This document shows, in pieces, positions 25,033 to 36,889 of a stretch of DNA of 64,000 bases. The stretch comes from Massalongia carnosa (lineage: Eukaryota). The notes below the pieces were generated by a model, which searched no databases, was not told where the DNA came from, and was given only the letters and a program-made list of their open reading frames with translations. Numbering within the stretch: position 1 is the first letter of the stretch; the number at the start of each line of letters is the position of its first letter. The stretch is from contig OZ287067.1 in assembly GCA_965645245.1 (NCBI GenBank), positions 2,356,001 through 2,420,000 of the forward strand, given 5' to 3'. Position numbers and translations under genes: made by a program.

Positions 25033-26991
25033 TCACAAAACTCCAGCAGCATTGAGTATGCTCAAACATTGCTTGACATGTTGTTCTTCCACCTGCAATT
25101 TAGCTTTGATAGCATTCGACACTTTGCTTGGTAATTTATCGTAAGTGACGTGAGGACTAATCCTCATATATTGCTGATCTTGACCAAACCGAGCATGAAA
25201 GAGTAGCCTCAACGCTCGATCAAGTATTTCAACGTCGTTTAAATCCTCGACAGTGTAGATTCTTGTCGGTGACAAGCTCAACAAGTATCGCAACTTCATT
25301 TCATCTTGATTGTATTGCTCCTGCTCGATTGAAGTTAGTTTGCTGTAATTTTGTCTCAAATTCTTGGTCGTTATCGTCTCCAAAACAATATCTTTCAAGG
25401 TAGTTATCTCATCTCCGTCTTCATCACTTTGAAAAGCATCATCACTATCATCCGATGTCATCTCGGATTCTTCGTCATAGTTCTCCTCTTCGTTCTCACT
25501 GTCCTTAAATGATGAGTCTTCCTCAAACCGATCTGAAATTTCTTCATCCACATCTTCGTCCATGGATGCTTTGCCCTTCAACTTACGGCGCTTACCTTGA
25601 CCATACTCTTGATAAACATCATCTTGCAGCATTGTATCCGCGAATCTGTCAGGTCTCTGACGTTTTCGGGGTGCAGGATTCGTGACTGTATTTTCGAGAT
25701 CAATGTCCATTGAATCTTGCACCATGATAGCTAATCTACCGCCAGTCTCCTCGTCAAACTCGACATTGATCGGGTTATTTGAGCCCTCTGTGGGAAGAAA
25801 ATTCGTTTCCTTTAGAATCTCGTGTCCTCTATGACTCTCGTGTGCCTCTTTGACGTAATTATTCGACTCATTCAATAAGTCGACAAGCAGGTTCTGCCTC
25901 TATGACTCTCGTGTGCCTCTTTGACTTATTTATTCGACTCATTCAATAAGTCGACAAGCAGGTTCTGCACCTCTGACGAAAAGGATCGACTTTGCAGTCT
26001 CCGATGAGGGTACAAACGCTTCTGTCAAGCAGCTGTGCTTGACCTTGCTTGAAAATGAACTTCATGCCGAGTATTATCTTGCAGATAGCAATAGGTGGAC
26101 CGGTCTGTGATGCGCTGCCTGCAAAAGCGTTTTGAATGTCGAAAAATCGTTTGAGATCATGAACGGAAACGGGCTTTTCAAGACATGTTAGAGTCAACTT
26201 CAAACTGATATGAGATTGAATAAACACCTCAGCTGAGAGAAGTACGGTCTCGCTATCAGTTTGAGCTTGTTGTAGCTTTTCTCGCACCTTTCTATTGAGC
26301 TTCAAGATACTTTTATCCTTCAAAGCCTTGCGCATCTGACCGCAGACTTTGTCCAGTACATGATGTTGCCAGCGTAGCAGACCTTCTTCGGTAAATCATC
26401 GAAGTTTTCATGGTATAGAAGCATTTCCGAGTGTTGCTTTGAGTCAAAATATGACTGCGGAATGGCTTTTTTCCGCGCAATCGTGGAATCACTAGACAAA
26501 AATTACTGCAGTTTATCCTGCAAAGACCGCGAATAGGGTTCTTTCATTAAGCTAGAGTCCATGTTTTCTGAGTCATTTTGCATTGGCATAGTGTCCTCGA
26601 GCGCTTGTGACGTTTGTGACATCTTCTCGAAAGCTTCATCAATAGATTGCGTGCTCACTAGATTGACCACAGATCTCACAGCTACATCGTTGTCTTCCGT
26701 CACCTAAATGTCTTTCAGAATTGCCAAGAGTGGTCCGTCATGCTCATAGTCAAAGTCTTCATGCTCCTCAATGACATGCAGAGTATAAGAGAATATGAAC
26801 TCGTCTACATCCTTTTTAGCAAGAAATTCCAGGACCTCCGACCAGGAAGCTGCAGTAGAGGGGTGATTTAGGTCGTAGATTAATAACTCTCGTATCGGTA
26901 TGTCTGTATTTCTTACACTAAGACTCATTGTCAAGAAGTCTACACGAAGCTGTTCAAAGTGGAGCTGTCGGCGCAGAGTATCTCGCCACAT
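25033..26991 (-). pseudogene. Accessory gene of the 10.4-kb element, unknown function, with basic NLS-like and long acidic tracts
   Basis: Consecutive ORFs 26991-26704 and 26703-26503 are in one frame separated by TAG, followed by TAA; further ORFs 26335-25943 and 25875-25033 (PRKRQR, KRRKLK, D/E-rich stretch); frame broken by a 71-bp duplication; ends approximate. Confidence 0.6.
25826..25967. repeat. 71-bp tandem duplication
   Basis: 25826-25896 and 25897-25967 nearly identical; length not a multiple of 3. Confidence 0.9.
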
Positions 26992-27214
26992 CTCACCAGT
27001 TGATTTTCGTATAAATTCGGTTGGCTCGACAGAAGCAATAGTATTAGAAAGATCATCTTGCGGCCTGCTAGGTCAGAAACCTCTACGTGGTGCAGGCTAT
27101 CAACACCTCCTCGGAGGTGGCCAATATCTGATCATCGCCAACGCTGAAGCCCACCTCGGTGGCCGTTTGAATGATCAACGTCTCTACTGATCATTCATCA
27201 CTTCGAAGGCATAC

Positions 27215-27477
27215 AAAGCCCATTCATTCGGAATGGCCACACCCCTCAGGCGGAAGCCTTTCACCTCATCGAAAAAGTCCATTCAGTCGGAATGGCCACA
27301 CCCCCCAGGCGGAAGCCTTTCACCTCATCGAAAAAGCCCATTCAGTCGGAATGGCCACACCCCCCAGGCGGAAGCCTTTCACCTCATCGAAAAAGCCCAT
27401 TCAGTCGGAATGGCCACACCCCCCAGGCGGAAGCCTCTCACCTCATCGAAAAAGCCCATTCATTCGGAATGGCCACA
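27215..27477. repeat. 59-bp minisatellite, ~4.5 copies, inside the 10.4-kb element
   Basis: Unit AAAGCCCATTCAGTCGGAATGGCCACACCCCCCAGGCGGAAGCCTTTCACCTCATCGAA repeated with few mismatches. Confidence 0.95.
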
Positions 27478-27869
27478 TTTTCACATCTTCATTTATACGA
27501 CACCACGATCTGCCCTCGATCATGGCCAGTCTATCATCTATTGAGCCAAAACGGTTAAAGAGAGAGAATGTTCGTCGAACGTGTGGAGATACACTGTCTA
27601 GTTCATCGGGTCTATAGGATTCCTAGCGCTTGAATATCTGGGTGTATGCACCGCGTGGTAGAAGAACGATCTCGTTGCGTTCAATATGGAATAAAAGGGA
27701 GTGGTTTTACCCTGGGGGCCAGTTTTCCACTTCCGGACTGTTGTTTATGTACATAAATAGCAGTCACAGCGTCATATCCTAAGGATGCATACGCTTAATG
27801 AATAAATAAAAAAAATAAAAAAAAAAAGATCATCTTGCGACTCCTCAGGCCGCATTCAAGAGGGTATCA

Positions 27870-28560
27870 TGTCAGCAGAGATCAAAGTGGATGCGTATGG
27901 TGAGCTTTTTGCCTTGACGAATGTTTCCCTCCACTTTGTTGGCGCGAGGACACATTGTAAAGACTTTAAAATCGAATTGGTCCGGCTATACCTTTCTAAC
28001 TCGTCTTCTTTGAACTTTTGCAATGGACCCAGTTTGGGATACTATATGACAGTGTCATTGTATGCAGGAATCTTGATATTCGGTATATTCGAACTCAGAA
28101 TTTGTTCAAATCGGTTGGAAGCCGCTCTGTGTCTTTCAACATCATAAGATCTAGTGGATGAGGCTTCATCAATGGCTTCTGCGAGCCGAAAAAGTATGGC
28201 GGCATATAGATAGTCTCTGCTATCATTGTTTTGACGCCTGTTGCCCTATTATCCTGATCTGTAATAGGATACTTTGAAAGAAGCTGACCTAAGTCAGCTA
28301 GAAAAGCATCTGACAGGTCAGGAAGATCTCGAAGAAGCGCCAGAGGAGTTTTGACACTTCTCTGTTGACAGTTTTGATGGTATGGAATATACCATTCCAG
28401 TACAACATTACTGAACCGAAACTTTCTATATTCGGCGACATCGCTGTATCATAAATAAGCGGCTGTCTTTGGTTCATTCTTGAAAAACTTGGCATGAGTG
28501 TCCAAGTTCTCATTCGTCATCTTCTTATCTATATCCTTCTTTACTGCTCTCCTCGTTTTT
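27870..28560 (-). pseudogene. Possible further decayed accessory gene of the 10.4-kb element
   Basis: Protein-like fragments on the minus strand (ORF 28513-28298; PKLGPLQKFKEDELERYSRTNSILKSLQCVLAPTKWRETF) broken by stops; no recognisable motif. Confidence 0.3.
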
Positions 28561-28964
28561 CTAGGCGTGATCGGGATCGTCTGAAAAAAGGTAAGTTAAA
28601 AGCTTTAGATGAAGATATCATAAGATATAAACATTTTCTTCCATGATGTGGATAAGTAGAGGCTGAAACTTGTGATAGTAATGTGAGATGAGGTTGTATC
28701 TCAAAATCAAGTCAGGCGATCATTCCAGTTTAAGAACTGATGATCGAGAAGAGATCGATAGTAGTACTCAGATGGAGAAGGAATGAGCAACAGGATTGAA
28801 AGAACAAATCAATGACGGATGGGAAGGAAGGTAAAGATGAGAAGAAAGGTCAAGATGAAAGAGGATAGATGAAGTGAAGTGAAGATCATCGTTGATCTTT
28901 AGGGCTAGCGAAAGTGTTGTCCTAAATTCACACAATATCAGTTCAGTCGTTATGACGATTTTTT

Positions 28965-31900
28965 TTACAAAAAGTTGACTCTCCATGTACAATGTAACAA
29001 ATCCATATCTGATTCTTTGTTACTGTTTGAACTTATTGTCGACACGACATGTGAGGATACTGGCTCATTGAGCGTACGATTAACAGGAACAATGTAGATC
29101 TTATCAGGATCAACAAAGAATAACGGGATCACTCTATCTGTGTCTGTCAGTTGAAAGATGCTCAAATTTAGGACCTCGTCTTTATAGGAAGCGGTCTTTA
29201 GCGGTCGAATCCAAAGGAACACTCGCTGAATATTCTCAAATGGTAGACAGTGAGTATAAATTTGTCGAAGCTGAGCATATGTGCCAGAGCGGAGTCGAAG
29301 AAAGTCACCAATATGCAATGAGAAAGGTTTGCCGGTTGACCTGACAGTAAAGGAGCATTGTTCATACCAGTACAAAGGCTTGTTTCCCCATTGAACGCCA
29401 TTAAGGCCATACCCGGTCATAGCAGTCTGCATCAGTTGCCTAAATCGGAGCTCTGTGGAGTTGGTAATTCTGGTACGAAGACCTTGATTTTGTACATAGG
29501 AAAGTTTGAGCTTTCCCCGCACTGTAGGTTTTAGATATGAGTGATATTCTAATAGACAGTTATTTGTCGACTCCTGATCGTCTGTTTGTGAGCGATCCCC
29601 GTGGAATAATAGATTTTCAAGAAGAGCTGGGCAGTTCCGCTTCAAACGAATCATTTGCAGAGTGATCTCCGGATCGGTATGACGAAATGAGCCATTCAAA
29701 AGAGCGACGACAGTGACGAGGATAGCGGCTTTCACTAAAAGCTGTCGCTCTGGCTTTCGATGATTTGTTGACAACACGGCTTGCTTAAAAAAGCGATGTT
29801 TGTCTTCTCCAAAGAGAACATTAACGTTCCACAGAACACCATACTCCTTCCTGTATGACTCTTTCGAAATGCATACCGATATGAAAGTTTGGCAGCTTAT
29901 CGGCCTCGCCATTCCGAGTAGTCACTGATGCAGAAAGTCTCATGTCGGGATCTGACACAAGATTATCAACGGACGTCTCTTCAAATGGAGTTTCCGTATC
30001 ACCAATAAGGGAGTTTATGGATGTTTCAGAAATAGATGCTCGTCTACAACTGGAAGATAACTCTTCAGTGACAGACTCACTTTTCTCGTTGTCTTTCTTC
30101 TTTCCTTGTCGTTTTGGATTTTGTGCTGCATTCATCACCTAGAAAACATTGTCGAGCATTGACGATTTGACTGTGAAATTCTTGACGATCTTTGAGGGAT
30201 AATTCGAAAGACAAGATTAACGTGTTACTCCATGCGAGTCTCCCAAAGCAAAACACTATCAAATCTTCATCTGAAGCGCAATGGCGACGTTCTTTAGGAA
30301 ACTGAACTTTCAATCCATTTCGAAAAGGCTGTCGTACATGATGGTTTCTTAACCAACAGCGAAGAAGTAGAGGTATTACGACTGAGGCATGAGCGCATTC
30401 GCTCATACTCCACGAGGCCATATGAATAGCCGGAGACTGTATTCGGCCCCAGCCAGATGGAAACGGAAAACAGTGCAAGGCAGCTGTAAACTCTTCAGCA
30501 GCCCGTTTCGTGAGTATTTTCGTGTAAAGAAAAGGGTACAATCTTCGTACCAGTCCATAATACTCGCTATGAGCCGGATCCGGTGGATAACTCATGATAA
30601 GATCAAGCACCGGCGTCAATGTCTGAAGCGCAGAAGATTCGGGTTTGAGCCCATTTCGTGTAAGATATGCCAGTCTCTTTGTCTTTCCTTTTATTGCTAG
30701 GCTTTTTTTTCGTATAGCCAACACCTCATGATGATAACGACTATGAAGTAGAATGTCCCGCTGCAAATCTCCTCGATTATGGAGGCCCGCATCACAAAAG
30801 CGACAACAATAGTTGGCACGTGGCCCAAGAAACCCTCCGGAGGCTTGCTGCTGCTTCATATCACCAAGATATGCTAGAATCGGGGCCCAAGCCGCTTGTT
30901 TCTGTCAATTGATTTCAAGAATGCAACCACGATCCATGTTTTCCCAAACTGGTTTGAAGACAGTTCATCACATCGTTAAACTCGGATCCGTGCGGGCCAA
31001 GAGCAATGGTGTAAGCATTTAAACTCTTTTGACGTTCCGAGGCGGGCAAGCCTGCTGGCATGGCATAGACACCAGTGATGGAACGATACATGTTTCGATA
31101 TAACCCGAAATCGTCGATGAAAATGACAAGGGGATATGACTGAACTCCTTTAATTAGCTGTGAGATTAGGTACTCTCGACCAAAGACTTCTAATTCTAAT
31201 TCCGCTCGAATCGGGGATGAAAGATAGATTGATCTAAGATCTCCTCGCGTGACGTTGAGTAGCTGGCGAATTAAGACAGGCGTTGTACAGAGGTAGACCG
31301 TACCTGATTATTCCTACAAATTGCAACATCGAAACGGCGAACTAGAACATGCTCGGATAAGACATCTTGATCCGCGTCTTCTATCAAAAGCAACTGATCT
31401 TCGGGCCAGTCAAACGTGACTGGAACTGGATATTCGTTGACGTTCTTTCTACTTATCAAAGGACGAATCCTGACAAAAGTTTGACCTAGAGTCAAAGATC
31501 GCGATCTTTGATCACGTCCAAAAAATATGACCTGTCCGCAGTGACTATCATGAATAATCCCACATTTATAATTGCCACAGCGCTACTGCACAATGTCAGA
31601 GGGAAAAATAGGAGATGAATCGGGAAATCTCGCAAAATCAGTGGAACATGTACGAATAGAAGAACCCCAACTGTTTGAATGCCAGTATTCCGAAGGACTA
31701 TCCACGATCTCTGCCATACCGATATGAATGTTTCGTTGAGTTGTGGCTGAAAGTAAGATATTGATAACAGTTCGAGCATCGAAGTAATAGACGTTGGCTT
31801 GAGCCGGTCTTGGTGTTCAGGTGGGTTGTTTTTCTCGTCGTACTGATACCGCTGCCTTCTGAATGGATGGAAGAGGAAGGCGCTTACGGCACCAGGAGTG

Positions 31901-32796
31901 CAAAGTTGATAGTCGCTTTGGCAAATTTCGCACTTCATGAGTGTCTAGCAATTGCAAAACTTCGAGCAGGCCATCATAGGTGCGTCGCTTGATGCCTTCT
32001 TTATCACACCAGAGACCGAGAGCCAGGCATAAATCCGATATTTCTCCTCGTACTGGGCGGGAGGGCACCTGGATCTCATCATCAATCGTGCTTTCAGGAG
32101 CAGAAGGGGCAAACTCGTTGAAAGACCCACCGGTGTCTGTGCTTTCTATATCAAAGTCCGCGAGCTGATTGGATGGCAATTTCATGATAGCATTTGAAGA
32201 AATTAAGCTGACAGCAAAGGCCGATGTATCAGCTATTGAAGCAGGCCGAGTATGAACGTTTTGAAACTCTTCATCAGTTTCCCGCTTATAATCATTATTT
32301 TTATCGAAGACCGTCTCTATATCGGCTGGCAAATTGTCTTGAACGTGTTGTTCAGGAACTTGGTTAGACGATGGTTGGATTTTATTGAGATTCTCTATGG
32401 TTCGCTTCTTATGCGCCATTGTCATTCGTTCTGAACTCTGGGTCTGCTTTTGCTTCTCATGAATATGTACAGAATTGTGTTGGTATAAAGAACCGGCTTG
32501 CGTAGACCCATGGCCAGGGGAGTCTATCGGTTGACTTTTGGAAGGCAGTGGGTTGGCCCGTGGGACACTGCTCTGAACAGTGGATGCTGGAACAATCAAT
32601 GCCTTTTCCTCAAGAGGAGGACCCTGAAAACTGAAATCATCAAGGTCGGGTTTATTCAGACCGATATGAAGAAGGCTTACTGCTGGAACGGTTGAAGCAT
32701 TGTCGATGGTTTATGCTTTCTTCTCTTTCTCAAAACATGACCTTCGTCGAGCATCATATTCTCCGTCGCATCATCCTGATATACGCAACGAGGCAT
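28965..32796 (-). pseudogene. CMC (CACTA/Mirage/Chapaev; Plavaka-like) DDE transposase with multiple stops and frameshifts
   Basis: Read-through gives LGLWCDKEGIKRRTYDGLLEVL..LPKRLSTL, EYWHSNSWGSSIRT..PIFPSD, FIDDFGLYRNMYRSITGVY..GLPASERQ..N (D1, ~31115), LGDMKQQ (D2), CCRFC, DPAH, PNFHIGMH (H-x3-H), YGVLWNVNVLFGEDKH (E) and a BAH-like tail HIGDFLRL; probable ATG 32796 with a short intron near 32680-32630. Confidence 0.8.
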
Positions 32797-32980
32797 CTTG
32801 TCTCATAACTGAGTTTAATTCTGTGTGCAGGTGAGGTATTCTCATGAAGAATCACTTGTGCGTTGATATTTTAGTTCTTAGGGCTTTAGCACACTATTTC
32901 AGAACATTAGCATTCGTCTTTACTGCTTCGTGCTTTCTTCCGATTACACTATCATTAATGCTGATATCACAAATACAATC

Positions 32981-33900
32981 ATGAACGTATCACCGTCAAA
33001 TGAAGAGGTCCTTGAAGCTTTAACGCAAGCCGAAACACAATTAGGATCAATAGCGGCAGAAATGTCAACCAAAAAGACGCGGAGAAGACAGGCCATTACC
33101 TCCGAATGGAAATTAATAGCCATGCGAATGGAGGCTTCTTTGCGGCCATTTGCGCTGCGTTATGGCAAGCTGGACGCAGATCAAATAGCGCACATCGTTC
33201 GAAATGCAATAAGAGAAGACATAGATGAGGAAGACATATATTTCAGGAAGGGAGTCACCAAGGCGCAATCCAACGTTTCAACGTAGAAACATCGCTCTCT
33301 AGAGTGTATGAAAGTATGTAGCTTGCTATTAGCATTTATACTCGACTTCTAACTGTTTTTAGGACTACATATAGTCTACTATCATGAGAGACAACCTAGG
33401 GCTACTAGAATCCGAGCATGACTCGAGCAGGCTATTCAAAGCCTTTGCACAGCAATATGATCATCATGATGCTGAGACAGTCTTTCCATGGGCAGCCAAA
33501 ACTTTGATGTTCCATGAGTCTTCAAAGAAGGGTGCAATGCCTCGAGGGCCCTATTGGATTAAAGGTAAGTGACAAGGCATACGAGAACTGATGGAATTTA
33601 CATATTGATATGAAACAAGTATATTTTTTAAATCTCGCTGTCAAGACGAAATTGTACTTAGACGCACCCAGAGCCGAAGGCACAGATCGAACCTCTCTTT
33701 TAGAGTTTTACGATACATTTCCTCAAATGGCAAAATATCAAAACATTAAGCCACATCATTTCAAATTGAAACCAGCTCGGGCAAAATGCCTAAGAAAGGA
33801 ATCGTCGAATAATCCAGAGATGGAGGAATTTGGCGCTATCATGGATGAGATGGAGGTCACCGAAGCCGAGGACGAAGATGAAGACGGTTTTAATTCCTGA
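32981..33900 (+). pseudogene. Accessory gene of the 10.4-kb element, divergent from the transposase; 3 exons, ~270 codons, two premature TAG stops
   Basis: ATG 32981; introns GTATGT..CTAAC..TAG 33314-33362 and GTAAGT..AAG ~33565-33619 join ORFs 32930, 33384 and 33610 in frame; internal TAG at 33284 and 33372; acidic C-terminus. Confidence 0.65.
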
Positions 33901-34591
33901 ATATTTGCTTTTTGTACTAGTATGAAGAAAAGATGTTTTACTTAGAGTTGTTAGTGCAGCCACATTTAGCCTCAGGTTTGTTCTAGATAGCTGATAGCTT
34001 GATCGAAGAAAATGTTTTATTTGCACTCGGCTCTAACACAAATAAAAACTTGAGATCATCATGTCGACCAAATATTACCCTGTCACCGTGTTTAAAGCAC
34101 TCCTGACTCAGAAGAATCTTGAGCTAGTCTGATGAAAATCTTCAAACCATGATCGTCTTGAGATTCTGTGGTTAGAAACATGCGTTCCACGTTATAAGAT
34201 ATTTTACTTATGACAAAGTCATGAGATTGTCTTTAAATAAAATATCTGAACACTGTTTGCTTTCTTGACTGACGTAGTCACTTAGTAGATAGACTATGAC
34301 AAGAACGTTCTAGTGGATAATATCTTGAGACCATCTCAAGACCATGTCCGAATACCCCCAACCGCTCTTAAGGTATGCAGATGAGTGGTTGGTGTCTGAA
34401 GTGTTTGAGTAAAAAACTTTCAGCTCCACCCCTGAACCGTAGCATTTCTCTAGGAAATTCTACGTGTTCGTTCCACTTTCTACGCACTTAAATTCCTGCT
34501 CTATCCTTAATCTTAGGGATTGCTTTTATAAACCCAGCGGCCCAATAGCTATCGGCAGCGTCACCTACCCCCCAACCTCAATTGAACTGTT

Positions 34592-35236
34592 ATGTCAGCT
34601 ACTCCTGGGCTTCGGCCTATTACGATTCATATTCCTGCAAGTCTTCACCACCTCAACCTAGATCTTAAAGGATTTCTCGAATACAAAAGGTCAAACAACA
34701 TCTCATATACCAACCTAGCAGTTGGAGCCTGCATTTTTGACTCGGGGATCAAAGACAGCCCTAAACCACGCCTACTTCTAGTCCAGCGTGCGACCACCGA
34801 ACGTGCATTTCCGAATCTATGGGAAGTTCCTGGTGGCTCGGCTGAATTCAGTGATCCTTCCATTCTACATTCGGTAGCCCGTGAAACCTTCGAAGAGACT
34901 GGCTTGCGACTTACAAGATTCGTGAGAGAAATTGGAGGCGGAGTTGAGTTTATAACCCCCGGTAACAAAAAATGGCTCAAACTATCCTTTGAGATTGAGG
35001 TGGTAGAGTTACATGGAGTACCTGGAGAAACATCAGATCATGCAGAAATTCGTCTATTGGGAGGTGAACACATTCCCATCACCTTGGACCCTGAGGAGCA
35101 TCAAAGATATGCATGGGTAACTGAGGACGAGTTCAGAAAATGTACTACGACGTCAGGCCCATATCCGCCAGTGACCGAAGAACAACGTCAGACGATCTTA
35201 CAGGCTTTTGCTCTTCATGATAGTAGCATGTTATAA
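34592..35236 (+). CDS. Nudix hydrolase, 214 aa
   Basis: LLLVQRA..FPNLWEVPGG and Nudix box GGSAEFSDPSILHSVARETFEETGL; LDPEEHQRYAWVT. Confidence 0.9.
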   Translation: MSATPGLRPITIHIPASLHHLNLDLKGFLEYKRSNNISYTNLAVGACIFDSGIKDSPKPRLLLVQRATTERAFPNLWEVPGGSAEFSDPSILHSVARETFEETGLRLTRFVREIGGGVEFITPGNKKWLKLSFEIEVVELHGVPGETSDHAEIRLLGGEHIPITLDPEEHQRYAWVTEDEFRKCTTTSGPYPPVTEEQRQTILQAFALHDSSML

Positions 35237-36107
35237 GCATGTAGATGAACGAAAAGGCTGGTCAGTAACGAGGGACCCGTTGGGAGTCCCCACCCTTTCG
35301 CATCAGTCATCACCCTTGACTTTTGAAGAATACAATAAATATGAATATCAGAGTAGAGGACTTCTTTACCAACTAGAGGATGAATTCTAAAATGTAGTGC
35401 TTGGCGTTATGAGCTAGTTTCCTGAAGCAGATTTTGCAGTTCAGAAGTTGCTCATTTTAATCCTAAGGCTGAGAAGAACTACCACATCGTTTAATTAAGA
35501 TCATTGCATATATTACTCACTACATGTTCATATATTCTCTTAGGGAACCCTCCAACATACACCAAAGCTCATATGGCAAGTATACGGGATACGAATCCCG
35601 TATAGCGATCGAGAAAGCTGCTTGATGGCAGCCTCACACTTGAGTTGTTTAGTAGAGATGGCGCGTGCCTCTATTGCGCCCGCCAATTTTCAGCCACATG
35701 GACATAGTAAAAGAATTCCTTTCCTCGCTACTCTAGTACAAAATAAATCTCTTTACCGATAGAACTCAACCGCCCTATAGTACCAGACCGGAAGTGAGGG
35801 AGAGAGGAAATGATTCGGCAAAAATAAAGGCCCAAAGGAGCACAAGAGGCACAAACAGGGTAATGAAAGCTAATCTATCATAAATTTTGCCGATTATTAC
35901 ATTCGTTAGTAGCTTTCTGCTTTAATATGTTCAGTGTAGTTTCACACAATCGGAAACCAAAGCTTCTTTGGTTCAGATGTCTCTCAAAGTTATCTTCTTA
36001 GTTTGATTTCAATATTAATAATCTCTGCTTCTACCGCAACGTTTTGTTGGATAATGGCAAAGATTTTTGATAAACATCCATACTCTTATCTATTTACTGA
36101 ACACAAG

Positions 36108-36889
36108 ATGATAAACTCCCAAATTTTTGTCCAAGGTTACTGATCTTTCTTGCTTCAAAAATCCTTTTTGCAATTTAGTTCAACTCTTGTTTTGTTCCGA
36201 ATGGCTTTAACAGAGAAGATCTAATGGATAGAGAGAAAAGGTTTCACTCGGGCAGAATTCATGACTAGCCGTGTGACCCCGATGCTACTTTTTGTATGTG
36301 CTGTGCTACACTTGGACAAGGTGATCCGGGCAGTTGCGAAGTGACGGTCTTTGTCAGGGGACTAGCTCGTTATAGCTTTGAAGCTGTACTGATTCTTCAT
36401 GATAAGTCCAAGCTACACTTAGAGTTTGGGGACCGCCCAAGGGATTCAAATGATGAAAAGGTCACACAATGCGCCGAAAAAACCACCTGTTGCGGACCTA
36501 TTAGCACGGATCCAACGAAAAATACCAGAGAATGCGGCGTAAGGACGGTGAAGCCAATGTTAAACCAGAAGCATCTTCATCGACAAGCCCACCCTTACGC
36601 TGCATCAACCTCAACATACACCGACCTAACGCAACCTCATATATTTCGATATCCACTCAGGCGAGCTTATGGCTCATCTTCACGCAGCATTGGCGCGATT
36701 TTTGGGAGTGTCGTTAGTGGCGTTGTCGGTATAGCTCTCCTCGTCTGCTTCATTGTATCCTGCAAGGCGAAGCGTATCCTCACGGCCTCAACAAACTTTT
36801 CCTTTGATAAGATATTGCCCTGGGCAATTCTAAGTCGGCACGGTTCTATGAAACTTCGGAAAGATGGAGAGAGCCTGAGTTGGAACTGA
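36108..36889 (+). pseudogene. Decayed Cys-rich secreted/single-pass membrane protein (Mid2-like architecture)
   Basis: Hydrophobic leader LLIFLASKILFAI*, then SCFVPNG..*PCDPDATFCMCCA..VTQCAEKTTCCG, and TM segment IGAIFGSVVSGVVGIALLVCFIV; in-frame TAG stops upstream of ORF 36296. Confidence 0.5.

Larger units (their letters stand above)
23982..34373. mobile_element. 10.4-kb TIR DNA transposon with CMC/CACTA-like transposase and accessory genes (decayed)
   Basis: 52-bp TIRs at 23982-24033 and 34322-34373 (48/52 identical, CCTTAAGRGCGGTTGGGGG...), TA on both outer sides; internal disrupted DDE transposase plus at least two other decayed genes. Confidence 0.88.

Noticed and set aside
25943..26020. 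C-x5-C-x8-C-x2-C resembling a nuclear-receptor zinc finger
   Set aside because: The downstream protein continues in a different frame (QNLLVDLLNESN), so this reading may be off-frame; first finger absent
23984..34371. TTAA target duplication suggesting piggyBac or Kolobok
   Set aside because: The inverted match extends outward past TTAA (TACC..GGTA), so TTAA is inside the TIR, and the transposase motifs are CMC-like
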